Positions 30,600 through 39,952 of a stretch of DNA of 64,000 nucleotides are shown here, piece by piece. The translations under genes and the position numbers were made by a program. How positions within the stretch are numbered: the stretch's first letter is position 1; each line of letters starts with the position of its first letter. Origin of the DNA: Gemmatimonadales bacterium (GTDB taxonomy: Bacteria; Gemmatimonadota; Gemmatimonadetes; Gemmatimonadales; GWC2-71-9); assembly GCA_036002655.1 (NCBI GenBank), contig DASYTD010000107.1, positions 726 to 64,725 on the forward strand, in the 5' to 3' direction. The notes beneath the pieces are model-generated. The model was not told where the DNA came from and did not search any database. It saw only the letters and a program-made list of their open reading frames with translations.

Positions 30600-31698
30600 C
30601 CGGCGCGCCGAGCGCCACGCGGCACTCGTCGCGCTGCTCGAAGCGGAGGGGCTGGACGCGCTGCTCGTCACATCGCGTCCCAACATCCGCTACCTGACGG
30701 GTTTCAGCGGGTCGGCCGGCGTGGCGGTGGCAACTCGGCATGCGCTCCTGCTGGTGACGGATTTCCGCTACGACGAGCAGGCGCGGCAGCAATGCGGCGC
30801 GCTGGCGCGCGTCGAGATCGAAGCAACGAGCCTGTGGGACCGGCTCTTTAAGGAGCTGCCGACGCTGACGCGCGGTGGAGGCACACTCGGCCTCCTCGGC
30901 TTCGAGGCGCATGCGGTCAGCGTGAAGGATGCGGAGCGGCTGTCCTCGGGCGCCGGTGCGGCGTGGCGCTGGAAGCCGGTCGGCGAGCTGGTCGAACGGT
31001 TGCGCGTGCGCAAGGATGCCGGCGAGATCGCCGCCATCCGCGCGGCGGCCGCGCTGGCCGCGACGGCGCTGCGCGATACGCTCGCGACGGTGCGGCCGGG
31101 CCAGACGGAGCTGGAAATCGCCGGGCGGCTCGAGAGCGCGCTGCGCCGGCACGGCAGCGAAGCCCATCCGTTCTCGACGATCGTGGCGAGCGGGCCGCGC
31201 AGCGCGTTGCCGCATGCGCATACCAGCACGCGCACGGTAGCGGCCGGAGAGTGGCTGCTACTAGACTTTGGCGCCGTCGTGGACGGCTACTGCGCCGATG
31301 TGACGCGCACCGTGGTGGTGGGGGCGCGAGCCGATGAGTCGCAACGCGCGCTCTATGCGTTGGTGCAGGACGCGCAGCGGCGCGCGCGCGAAGGTGTGCG
31401 CGCCGGCATGAGCGGCCGCGAGGCCGACGCGCTCGCGCGCGATCCAATCGAAGCGCGCGGATTCGGCGCGGCATTCGGTCATTCGACGGGTCACGGTCTG
31501 GGTCTCGAAGTCCACGAAGCGCCGCGGCTCGCGCGCACCTCGGCGGAGCCGTTGCCCGAGGGCGCGGTCGTGACGATCGAGCCGGGCGTCTACGTCGCGG
31601 GACGGGGCGGCGTGCGCATCGAGGACGATGTGCATCTGTCGGCGGACGGGCCGGTGTTGCTGACGGACGGTTGTACGGAACTCGTGGAACTGGTGTAG
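30583..31698 (+). CDS. Xaa-Pro aminopeptidase/dipeptidase (peptidase M24B)
   Basis: Creatinase-like N-domain (NIRYLTGFSGSAG) and M24 metal ligand context (DFGAVVDGYCADVTRT, HSTGHGLGLEVHE, TIEPG). Confidence 0.88.
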   Translation: MSSAADRRAERHAALVALLEAEGLDALLVTSRPNIRYLTGFSGSAGVAVATRHALLLVTDFRYDEQARQQCGALARVEIEATSLWDRLFKELPTLTRGGGTLGLLGFEAHAVSVKDAERLSSGAGAAWRWKPVGELVERLRVRKDAGEIAAIRAAAALAATALRDTLATVRPGQTELEIAGRLESALRRHGSEAHPFSTIVASGPRSALPHAHTSTRTVAAGEWLLLDFGAVVDGYCADVTRTVVVGARADESQRALYALVQDAQRRAREGVRAGMSGREADALARDPIEARGFGAAFGHSTGHGLGLEVHEAPRLARTSAEPLPEGAVVTIEPGVYVAGRGGVRIEDDVHLSADGPVLLTDGCTELVELV

Positions 31699-31724
31699 GG
31701 GCCGAGGGGGGGTATCTTCACGGT

Positions 31725-32222
31725 ATGAAGCTCGACATCATCGCCCAGATCGTGCAGATCTTGAAGGACGCCCCGGAGGTGGGCGCCATCGAGATCCGCC
31801 GCGGGCTGTTCGGGGCGTGGTCGTCGGTGCGGGTTTCCAAGGCCGGGCACGGGGGCAATACGGTTGGCGGGGGCGGGGGGGGCCCAGCGCACGTGGTGGT
31901 GTCGCATCCCGCTGCCGCACCGGGGGCCGCTCCGGGCGGCACCCCGCAAGCCGGCGCGGCTCCCTCCGCCGGCCCGCAGCTCAGTGAAATCAAGTCACCG
32001 ATGGTGGGCACCTTCTATCAGTCGCCGGAGCCGGCGGCGCAGCCGTACGTGAAGGTCGGCAGCCGGGTGAATGTGGGGCAGGTGGTCTGCATCATCGAAG
32101 CGATGAAAATCATGAACGAGATCGAGTCTGAGGTCTCGGGCGTGATTCGCGAAGTCGCCGCGCAAAACGCGCAGCCGGTGGAATTCGGCCAGGTCCTTTT
32201 CCGGGTGGATCCGCATGGGTGA
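31725..32222 (+). CDS. accB: Acetyl-CoA carboxylase biotin carboxyl carrier protein
   Basis: Biotinyl-lysine motif CIIEAMKIMNEIE, with a Pro/Ala/Gly linker. ATG 31725 lies within a longer ORF. Confidence 0.9.
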   Translation: MKLDIIAQIVQILKDAPEVGAIEIRRGLFGAWSSVRVSKAGHGGNTVGGGGGGPAHVVVSHPAAAPGAAPGGTPQAGAAPSAGPQLSEIKSPMVGTFYQSPEPAAQPYVKVGSRVNVGQVVCIIEAMKIMNEIESEVSGVIREVAAQNAQPVEFGQVLFRVDPHG

Positions 32223-33372
32223 GGCGACACACAGTAATCTGCCGGCATTCAACTTCAAACAAGCCATCACGACCATGGTGCAGCGCAACGGCTCCGACCT
32301 CCTGCTCAAGGTCGGCCGGCCGGCGACCATTCGCGTGAACGGCGATTTGGTTGCGCTCGATACCGCGCCGCTCAAGCCCGAGGAGCTGAAATCGCTGGCC
32401 GAGCAGATCATGACGCCCCGGCAGGTGAAGGAGTTCGCGGAGCACAAAGAGGCGGACTTCGCGATCGGCGTGCCCGGCGTGGGGCGGTTCCGGACCAACG
32501 TCTACCAGCAGCGCGGCACGGTGGCGTTCGCCTTCCGGGCGATTCCCTACGAGGTCAAGCTGATCCGAGAGCTGAATCTTCCGGGCGTCCTGGAGGAAAT
32601 CGCGCTCAAGCCGCGGGGACTGGTTCTGGTGACGGGAGTGACCGGATCGGGAAAATCGACGGCGCTGGCCGCGATGATCAATCACGTGAACACCAACCGC
32701 CGCGTGAACATCATCACGATCGAGGACCCGATCGAGTTCCTGCATCGCGACCAGCACTCCAACATCTCGCAGCGCGAAGTCGGCAACGACACGCTGACGT
32801 TCAACTCCGCGCTGCGGCACGTGCTGCGGCAGGATCCCGACCTGATCCTGATCGGCGAGATCCGTGACATGGAGACGCTGGACACGGCGCTCAAGGCCGC
32901 CGACACGGGGCACATGGTGTTCTCGACGCTGCACACGACCGACGCAACGCAGACGGTCAGCCGCGTGATCTCGTTCTTCCCGCCGCACCAGCACGACGAA
33001 ATCCGGCACCTGTTATCCACGGCGCTGCAGGCGATCGTCTCGCTGCGTCTGGTGCCGCGCAAGGATGGCCGCGGCCGAGTACCGGCGGCTGAGGTACTGA
33101 TCAATACGGCAGCCGTCGCAGACAACATCCGTGATCTCTCCAAGCAGCTCAACATCCCCGATCTCATCGCCGAAGGCTCCGTCCAGTACGGCATGCAGAG
33201 CTTCGACCAGTCATTGTTCCACTGGTACAGCCAAGGCGTGATCAGCTACGAGAGCGCGATCTTCTACGCGACGAACCCGAGCGAGTTCGCCCTGAAGGTG
33301 TCGGGCGTCGATTCGTCGGGGAACCGGCTGGGCGGGGCCGACGCCGCCGGGGCGATCGAGCTGACGCCGTAA
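32215..33372 (+). CDS. pilT: Type IV pilus retraction ATPase PilT family
   Basis: Walker [10 protein letters not shown], Asp box/Walker B ([12 protein letters not shown]), His box ([10 protein letters not shown]), and AIRNLIRE-like AVADNIRD. Its length and N-domain are typical of PilT. Confidence 0.9.
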   Translation: MGEATHSNLPAFNFKQAITTMVQRNGSDLLLKVGRPATIRVNGDLVALDTAPLKPEELKSLAEQIMTPRQVKEFAEHKEADFAIGVPGVGRFRTNVYQQRGTVAFAFRAIPYEVKLIRELNLPGVLEEIALKPRGLVLVTGVTGSGKSTALAAMINHVNTNRRVNIITIEDPIEFLHRDQHSNISQREVGNDTLTFNSALRHVLRQDPDLILIGEIRDMETLDTALKAADTGHMVFSTLHTTDATQTVSRVISFFPPHQHDEIRHLLSTALQAIVSLRLVPRKDGRGRVPAAEVLINTAAVADNIRDLSKQLNIPDLIAEGSVQYGMQSFDQSLFHWYSQGVISYESAIFYATNPSEFALKVSGVDSSGNRLGGADAAGAIELTP

Positions 33373-34730
33373 TGTTCAAGAAAGTGCTGATCGCGAACCG
33401 CGGGGAAATCGCCCTGCGGGTGATTCGCGCGTGTAAGGAGCTGGGCGTCGAGACGGTGGCGGTGTATTCGGAAGCGGACCGGGAGTCGTTGCACGTCCGC
33501 TTCGCCGACGACGACGTCTGCATCGGTCGCGCCCCGAGCCGCGACAGCTATCTCAACATCCCGCGCCTGATCGCCGCCGCCGAAATCACCGGCGCCGACG
33601 CCATCCATCCCGGCTACGGGTTTCTCGCCGAGAACGCCGAGTTCGCCGAGAAGGTGACGGCGTCCAATATCACGTTCATCGGGCCCAGTCCGGATCAGAT
33701 CCGCCAAATGGGCGACAAGGCGGCGGCGCGGAAGCTGGCCAAAGAACAGGGCGTCCCGACCGTGCCCGGCTCGCCCGGTCCCGTCCAATCGCTCGAAGAA
33801 GGCCAACAGGTCGCGGGCGAGATCGGCTTCCCCGTCATTATCAAGGCGGCCGCCGGCGGGGGCGGGAAGGGCATGCGCGTCGCGAATGATGACGATCAGT
33901 TCGCGCAGTCGTTCACCCTCGCCAAGCAGGAAGCGCTCGCCGCCTTCAACTCGGACGAGGTCTACATCGAGAAGTACCTCGCGCGCCCGCGGCACATCGA
34001 GATCCAGATCATGGGCGACACGCACGGCAAGGTGATGCATCTGTGCGAGCGCGATTGCTCGGTGCAACGCCGCCATCAGAAGCTCGTCGAGGAGGCGCCC
34101 TCGCCCGCCGTGGACCAGACGCTGCGCCAGGACATCGGAGACTCTGCCGTCAAGCTCGCGGAGGCGATCGGCTACGCGGGCGCGGGGACGATCGAGTTTC
34201 TGCTCGACACCGACGGGTCGTTCTACTTCATGGAGATGAACACGCGCATCCAGGTCGAGCACCCCGTCACCGAGATGTGCACCAACTTCGACCTTGTGAA
34301 GGAGCAGATCGCGGTCGCCTCGGGCGCGCCGCTGTCGTTCGTGATGAACGGGCACCGCCTCCGCGGTCACGCGATCGAGTGCCGCGTCAACGCCGAGGAT
34401 CCCAGCCGCAACTTCCAACCGTCACCCGGGCTGATCACCGCGTACCATCCACCCGGCGGTCCGGGCGTGCGGGTCGACACGCACATCTACGCGGGCTACA
34501 CCGTTCCGCCGTACTACGATTCGCTGCTCGCGAAGGTGATCGTGCACGGCAACACGCGGACCGAGGCGCTCGCCCGTATGCGCCAGGCACTCGACTCGTT
34601 TATCATTGAGGGTGTGACGACGACGATTCCATTTTTAGGCCGGGTCATGCGCCACCCGGACTTCGTCGCGGGCAAGGTGGACACGAAATTCCTCGAGCGC
34701 GAGCCGCAACTCCTCAAAGATCAGCCATGA
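33372..34730 (+). CDS. accC: Acetyl-CoA carboxylase biotin carboxylase subunit
   Basis: [22 protein letters not shown]-terminus, ATP-grasp GGGGKGMR, and [14 protein letters not shown]. Confidence 0.95.
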   Translation: MFKKVLIANRGEIALRVIRACKELGVETVAVYSEADRESLHVRFADDDVCIGRAPSRDSYLNIPRLIAAAEITGADAIHPGYGFLAENAEFAEKVTASNITFIGPSPDQIRQMGDKAAARKLAKEQGVPTVPGSPGPVQSLEEGQQVAGEIGFPVIIKAAAGGGGKGMRVANDDDQFAQSFTLAKQEALAAFNSDEVYIEKYLARPRHIEIQIMGDTHGKVMHLCERDCSVQRRHQKLVEEAPSPAVDQTLRQDIGDSAVKLAEAIGYAGAGTIEFLLDTDGSFYFMEMNTRIQVEHPVTEMCTNFDLVKEQIAVASGAPLSFVMNGHRLRGHAIECRVNAEDPSRNFQPSPGLITAYHPPGGPGVRVDTHIYAGYTVPPYYDSLLAKVIVHGNTRTEALARMRQALDSFIIEGVTTTIPFLGRVMRHPDFVAGKVDTKFLEREPQLLKDQP

Positions 34731-35455
34731 AGATCGACGTGTATCACACGCCACTCGGCCTCAATGCGGGGGATCTGACCGGCCGGGCGGTTGTCGTCAT
34801 TGACGTGCTCCGCGCGACCAGCACGATCGTCACGGCGCTCGCGGCCGGGGCCAAAGCCATCGTGCCCGCCGCCAGCTCCGAAGAGGCCGTGCGCCTCACG
34901 GCCAACCTGGAAAAGAACGGCATCGTGTTGGCAGGCGAGCGGCGGCTGCTGAAGATCGAAGGGTTTGCGCTCGGCAATTCGCCGCGCGAGATGACCCGGG
35001 AGGCGGTGGGCGGGAAGACGCTGTTTCTCGCCACGACCAACGGCACGCCCGCACTCCTGGCGGCGCAGGGGGGCGATCCGGTGCTGGTTGCCGCCGCGCT
35101 GAACTTCAGCGCAGTGGCCGAGCGCGCCCGCAATCTGTTCAACGAGCGCGGTGATCTCGTGATCATCTGCGCCGGCCGGGACAAGCAGTTCGCCCTGGAA
35201 GACGCCTACACCGCCGGCCGGCTGATCAAAGCCGTGAAGAAGGGCGTCCCCCCGAAAAAACTCACCCTCAATGACGCTGCCCAGGTGTCCCTCGACCTCG
35301 CCGCGCAGCAGGGTGGCTGGCAGGATGCCCTCGGGGCGAGCGACGCCGCGCGGCAGCTGGGGGAGGTTGGGCTGGGCGATGACGTCAAGTACTGCGCCAG
35401 TCCCGATCGCCTCTCGATCGTTCCGGTTTACGCGGATCGCCGCATCGCGGCATGA
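34727..35455 (+). CDS. 2-phosphosulfolactate phosphatase (ComB) family protein
   Basis: [21 protein letters not shown] and FLATTNGT patterns typical of the ComB family. ATGA overlap with accC. Confidence 0.75.
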   Translation: MKIDVYHTPLGLNAGDLTGRAVVVIDVLRATSTIVTALAAGAKAIVPAASSEEAVRLTANLEKNGIVLAGERRLLKIEGFALGNSPREMTREAVGGKTLFLATTNGTPALLAAQGGDPVLVAAALNFSAVAERARNLFNERGDLVIICAGRDKQFALEDAYTAGRLIKAVKKGVPPKKLTLNDAAQVSLDLAAQQGGWQDALGASDAARQLGEVGLGDDVKYCASPDRLSIVPVYADRRIAA

Positions 35456-37644
35456 ACGCCAAGGGGCGGCAAGAGCTGATCGGCATAGCGGCCCTGCTGG
35501 TGGGTGTCTTCCTGGGCCTGACGTTGCTGCCACCCCCGATGGCGCTCACGGGCAGCTGGGGCCGGTCGATCGGCGGAGCGCTGTGGCAGCTGTTCGGTCT
35601 GGGCTCGGGTTTGGTGCCGATTCTTGGCGTGGGATGGGCCCTCGCGGCCTTCGACCGCCTCGGCGCGCTCTCCTGGGCCCGAACCGCATCGCTCGGCGCG
35701 GGCCTCATTCTCCTGGTTCCCTACAGCGTTGCCGTGGCCATCGGCCCGGTGTTCCCTGCCGACTATTCCAACTGGACCCGCACCGAACGCCTGGTCGGAC
35801 TGTTTCCCGGATTCCTCGCCAACGGGGTGCAAGGGGCGATTGGAACGGCGGGGGCTGTCCTCATCGGACTATTCGCCTTATCGGCCCTTGGGATTCTGAC
35901 GATCGGTTGGCATCCATTGACCGTACTGAGAACTCGGGAAACGGGAAACGCGCAACGGGAAACGAGAAAAGCAGCGCCCCCTCAAGTTCCGGAAGAACGT
36001 GTCCCGTATCCCGTTTCCCGTTTCCCGAAAAAGCCAAAGGGCGCACCGCCGCCCAAACCCGCGCCGGCGCCCCCACCCGGCTCGCTCATCCCGCCGATCG
36101 AGCTGCTCACCGAAGGCCCCGGCGCCGTCGCCGATCCCGACGCGCCTCAGATCGAGGACATGGGGCGCCGCCTGGTCGCGACGCTCGAGACATTCCGCGT
36201 CGGCGCGCAAATCACGAACAAGACAGTCGGGCCGGTCGTGACGCGGTTCGAGCTCCAGCCTGGACGGGGTGTGAAGGTGGGTCGCGTCTCTTCGCTCGCG
36301 GACGATCTCGCGCTCGCGATGCGCGCCCAGTCGCTCCGCATCGTCGCGCCGATTCCCGGCAAGGCCGCGATCGGCATCGAAGTGCCGAATCCGACGCCGC
36401 GTCTCGTGCATGTGCGCGATCTGATCGACAGCGAGGAATTCCGCCGCGCCGCGCGCGTGCTGCCAGTGGTCTTGGGACGGAATCTCGAAGGGGATGAGGT
36501 CGTGGATGATCTCACCAAGATGCCCCACCTCCTCATCGCCGGCGCGACGGGGTCGGGAAAGTCGGTGTGCATCAACGCAATCATCACGAGCCTGGTCTAC
36601 GCGCACGGCCCAGACAAGCTGAAGCTGCTGATGATCGACCCGAAGATGGTCGAATTGTCGATGTACAGCGCGCTGCCGCATCTCGGCCTTCCCGTGGTGA
36701 CGAGCCACCACAAGGCGGCGAATGTGTTGAAGTGGGCGGTGTGGGAAATGGAGCGCCGCTACCGGCTGCTCCATGCGAATCACGCGCGCAACATCACCGA
36801 CTTCAACAAGAAGGTAGACAGCAAGGCGCCGCTTAAAGGGCCGCGCGAGACCCTGGCCACGCAGGCGGGCATTCAGAAAGAGCTGCCGTTCGATGCGGCG
36901 TACACGGGCGGCATTCTCCCGTACATCGTGCTGATCCTGGACGAGCTCGCCGATCTGATGCTTACCGTGCAGGGTGAGATCGAGACACCGCTCGCCGTGT
37001 TGGCCCAAAAGGCGCGCGCCATCGGCATTCATTTGCTTCTCGCGACACAGCGCCCGTCGGTAAACGTGATCACGGGACTCATCAAAGCCAACTTCCCGTG
37101 CCGGATCGCCTTCCGCGTCTCGGCGAAAGTCGACAGCCGCACCATTCTCGACCAGAACGGCGCCGAGACGTTGTTGGGGAATGGGGACATGCTGTTTCTG
37201 CCGCCGGGCAAGAGCGAGCCGATGCGCGTGCAGGGCGCGTTCATTTCCACGGACGAGACCGAGCGGTTGATGGAGTGGTACAAGGCGCATGCGACTGCGG
37301 CTGCCGCCGCGCCCGGGACCTCGATCGACGAGCAGGTGGCGGCCCTGGAGAAGGCGGAACGGGAGGGCGACGAGGGAGCAGGGAGCGGGGAGCAGGGAGC
37401 GGGCGAGCGTGACCCCCTGTTTCGGCAGGCTGCCGAGGTCTGCATTCAGAACCAGCTCGGCTCGACGTCGTTGCTCCAGCGACGGATGAGCATCGGCTAC
37501 GGTCGCGCCGCGCGCATCATCGACCAACTCGAGCTGGCAGGCATACTTGGGCCTGCGAATGGCTCGAAACCGCGTGACGTTTTGGTGGGGCTGGAGGAGC
37601 TCGACGACATCGTCAGCCCGGGAAATGGCGACGGCACCGCGTAG
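35452..37644 (+). CDS. ftsK: DNA translocase FtsK/SpoIIIE
   Basis: Four N-terminal TM segments and a variable linker. The motor has Walker A (AGATGSGKSV) and Walker B (VLILDELADLM), followed by a gamma domain (STSLLQRRMSIGYGRAARIIDQLE). Confidence 0.93.
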   Translation: MNAKGRQELIGIAALLVGVFLGLTLLPPPMALTGSWGRSIGGALWQLFGLGSGLVPILGVGWALAAFDRLGALSWARTASLGAGLILLVPYSVAVAIGPVFPADYSNWTRTERLVGLFPGFLANGVQGAIGTAGAVLIGLFALSALGILTIGWHPLTVLRTRETGNAQRETRKAAPPQVPEERVPYPVSRFPKKPKGAPPPKPAPAPPPGSLIPPIELLTEGPGAVADPDAPQIEDMGRRLVATLETFRVGAQITNKTVGPVVTRFELQPGRGVKVGRVSSLADDLALAMRAQSLRIVAPIPGKAAIGIEVPNPTPRLVHVRDLIDSEEFRRAARVLPVVLGRNLEGDEVVDDLTKMPHLLIAGATGSGKSVCINAIITSLVYAHGPDKLKLLMIDPKMVELSMYSALPHLGLPVVTSHHKAANVLKWAVWEMERRYRLLHANHARNITDFNKKVDSKAPLKGPRETLATQAGIQKELPFDAAYTGGILPYIVLILDELADLMLTVQGEIETPLAVLAQKARAIGIHLLLATQRPSVNVITGLIKANFPCRIAFRVSAKVDSRTILDQNGAETLLGNGDMLFLPPGKSEPMRVQGAFISTDETERLMEWYKAHATAAAAAPGTSIDEQVAALEKAEREGDEGAGSGEQGAGERDPLFRQAAEVCIQNQLGSTSLLQRRMSIGYGRAARIIDQLELAGILGPANGSKPRDVLVGLEELDDIVSPGNGDGTA
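35932..36030. repeat. About 99-bp imperfect palindrome built from GGGAAAC / GTTTCCC heptamers, inside the ftsK linker coding region
   Basis: CGGGAAACGGGAAACG (35935-35950) is the exact reverse complement of CGTTTCCCGTTTCCCG (36012-36027). Further heptamer copies extend both arms to about 31 nt (10 of the next 14 positions pair). Confidence 0.85.
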
Positions 37645-37862
37645 GCGGTTGCACCAATTGCTGCCGGAGTTAGGTCGGTCCGCCCCCGGGGTGTACAAAA
37701 CGGTGCATCCGAGGGACTAGTCCCTCCGGTGCGCGGTAATCCACAATTCCTCCACCTTGGCTACACCTGTTTTCAACCTGCTGAGCGATGTTCCCGCCTC
37801 TCTACTGATCCTAAACTCACGGTCGTTAGTACTCCTGTCGTCTTGGACCCCTGAGGAACAAC

Positions 37863-38384
37863 ATGCCGCCGCAAGTTGTCGCCGATACTCTCGAGTCCGT
37901 TCCCCCTTCAGCTCCTTCTCCCGCGTCGAGTGCTTCGTCGAGTGTGCGCGTCCGTATTCCGATTACGAATGCTGCCGACGTTGCCGTAGCCGGAGAGCAT
38001 GGCCGTCGTCTCGCGTCGCGCCTCGATTTTTCGCCCACCGACATCACCGTCATCGCTACCGCGATTCTCGAAGTCGCGCGCAACGTCCTCACGTACGCGC
38101 AGCGAGGCGATCTGATGCTGCATCTGATCCAGAGGCGTGGCCGGCTGGGACTCGCGATCGTCGCGCGCGACAAGGGTCCTGGCATTGCCGATGTCGCGCA
38201 GGCGTTACGCGACGGCACGGGACTCGGGCTCGCGAGTGCGCGGCGCTTGATGGACGAATTCCGCGTTCGCTCGGAGCCGGGTCGCGGCACTACGGTCACG
38301 ATGCGCAAGTGGACGCGTTGTCGCCAGGTCGAGCGGGGTGGGGCGCGCCGGCCCGGGCACCCCGGATTGCGGGAAGTGAGATGA
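37863..38384 (+). CDS. Anti-sigma-factor-like serine kinase (RsbW/SpoIIAB-type HATPase_c protein)
   Basis: N-box-like ILEVARNVLTYA, G1 DKGPGI and G2 GTGLGLASARRLMDEF. It is a 173-aa single-domain protein with a Ser/Pro-rich N-terminal extension. Confidence 0.7.
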   Translation: MPPQVVADTLESVPPSAPSPASSASSSVRVRIPITNAADVAVAGEHGRRLASRLDFSPTDITVIATAILEVARNVLTYAQRGDLMLHLIQRRGRLGLAIVARDKGPGIADVAQALRDGTGLGLASARRLMDEFRVRSEPGRGTTVTMRKWTRCRQVERGGARRPGHPGLREVR

Positions 38385-39814
38385 TCACCGTGCCGCTCGA
38401 GACGTTGGTCGCAGGCAACGGCAACGGCTCTCCAGAGACGCACGGCGAGAATCGCGTCGAACAGCGTACGAAAGCCGCGCGCCTGCTCGGTGTCGGCGGC
38501 GATCAGTCGCTGTTCCGCGAGCTGGCGCGTTATGTCGAGCAATCCGGCGCGACGCTGGAGCGGTCCATAGATGAAGCGACGACGCTGCAGGCACTCGCGC
38601 ACGGCGGCTGGGATGCCGTGCTGACCGTGCTCGACCGCGACGCGGATCTCCAGCTCGAATGGTGGGAAGAGGTGCTGCCGCGTCTGCCCGTCCGGCCTCG
38701 CATGATCGCGGTGACTGCCTCGCCGTCCATGAGTCTCGCGCTGCGGGCGACGGAGCTCGGCGTCACGGCGGTGCTGCCACTGCCGCTGGAGCGCGATCAG
38801 CTGCGCGCCACGTTGAATCGCGTACTCGCGGCCGCCGCGGAAATGCCGCTCCCGCTGCCATCGGTCACCGCGGTGGCCGTCGGGCCATATCAGATCGTCT
38901 CGCAAAGCTCGGCGATGGTGGATGTCTATCGCACGATCGCGCACGTCGCGCCGAGTACCGCGACCGTGCTGATCCAGGGCGACTCGGGGACTGGGAAGGA
39001 GCTCGTCGCGCGCGCGATTCACGCGCACGGCCCCCGCAAGGCGCGGGCGTTCGTAGCCGTGAACTGCGCCGCAATCCCGGAAAACCTGCTCGAGAGCGAG
39101 CTGTTTGGGCACGAGAAGGGCGCGTTCACCGGCGCCGTCGCCCGCAAAATCGGGCGCTTCGAGCGCGCCAGCGGGGGCACGCTGTTCCTCGACGAGATCG
39201 GCGACATGAGTCTCGTGCTGCAGAGCAAAATCCTGCGCGCGATTCAAGAGCGCGAAGTGGAGCGCGTAGGCGGCGGCGAGGCCATTCCGGTGGATGTGCG
39301 TCTCATCGCGGCCACCAACAAGGACCTGAAGCAGATGATCGCGGAAGGAAAGTTCCGCGAGGATCTGTATTATCGGCTCGCGGTCGTGACAATCCGTCTG
39401 CCGCACCTCACCGCGCGCGGCGACGATCTCATTCTGCTGACGTCCTTTTTTCTCCAGGAATTCGGCAAACAGTACGGCAAGCGCATCGTCGCCATCTCCG
39501 ATCGCGCCACCGGCCTGCTGCGCGCGCACACGTGGATCGGCAACGTCCGCGAGCTGCGCAATGTGATCGAGCGTGCCGTCCTGCTCTGCGAAGGCGACGT
39601 GCTGCGCTCCGTGGACTTGCCGGAAGAGTGGCTGGCTGGGGCGACGCAGAGCGAAACGGCGTGCGCAGGTGCGCTGGCGACGCTACAGGAAGCGGAAGCG
39701 CGACACATCTCGCAGGTGCTGGCGCATACCCACGGGCAGATCGGTGAAGCCGCCCAGATTCTCGGCGTGCACCGAAATACACTCGCCCGAAAGATCAAGG
39801 AGTACAGTCTCTAA
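38381..39814 (+). CDS. Sigma54-dependent transcriptional activator (NtrC family) with an atypical receiver-like N-domain
   Basis: AAA+ Walker A GDSGTGKE, the sigma54-contact GAFTGA motif, Walker B LFLDEIGD, and a Fis-type HTH ([19 protein letters not shown]). ATG 38381 overlaps the preceding stop (ATGA). Confidence 0.9.
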   Translation: MITVPLETLVAGNGNGSPETHGENRVEQRTKAARLLGVGGDQSLFRELARYVEQSGATLERSIDEATTLQALAHGGWDAVLTVLDRDADLQLEWWEEVLPRLPVRPRMIAVTASPSMSLALRATELGVTAVLPLPLERDQLRATLNRVLAAAAEMPLPLPSVTAVAVGPYQIVSQSSAMVDVYRTIAHVAPSTATVLIQGDSGTGKELVARAIHAHGPRKARAFVAVNCAAIPENLLESELFGHEKGAFTGAVARKIGRFERASGGTLFLDEIGDMSLVLQSKILRAIQEREVERVGGGEAIPVDVRLIAATNKDLKQMIAEGKFREDLYYRLAVVTIRLPHLTARGDDLILLTSFFLQEFGKQYGKRIVAISDRATGLLRAHTWIGNVRELRNVIERAVLLCEGDVLRSVDLPEEWLAGATQSETACAGALATLQEAEARHISQVLAHTHGQIGEAAQILGVHRNTLARKIKEYSL

Positions 39815-39952
39815 GCACTACTTTTGGGCATTGAACTGCGTGCCCTGCTTCACGGCAGGGCCTCTTGCGATCTAGTCTATTTGGGCTTCCTCCGAACTAA
39901 CCCGTTGGCGGAGTAGAAGTAACAGGCTGCATCGACATGTGACGCAAACTCC

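Noticed and set aside
35932-36030. GGGAAAC repeats considered as a CRISPR array.
   Set aside because: The repeats are 7-nt units arranged as an inverted repeat within a coding region. There are no regularly spaced 25-40-nt repeats with unique spacers, and no cas genes in the window.
37711-37726. Perfect 16-bp palindrome GAGGGACTAGTCCCTC downstream of ftsK, considered as a terminator or operator.
   Set aside because: The stem is short (6 bp) with no following T-tract and no second copy. It could be a weak terminator or chance, and the evidence is insufficient to annotate it.
37757-39814. The 685-aa ORF read as a single protein.
   Set aside because: Its first about 208 aa are Arg/Ser/Cys-rich nonsense overlapping the RsbW-like gene in another frame. 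The sigma54 activator starts at ATG 38381, in an ATGA overlap with the kinase stop.
39825-39840. Possible sigma54 promoter TGGGCATTGAACTGC downstream of the sigma54 activator gene and upstream of the TPR gene.
   Set aside because: Only the GG and GC dinucleotides with correct spacing match the TGGCAC-N5-TTGC consensus, and the other positions mismatch. A terminator-like hairpin (GCCCTGC/GCAGGGC, 39842-39861) follows immediately. The match is too weak to call without a genome-wide model.
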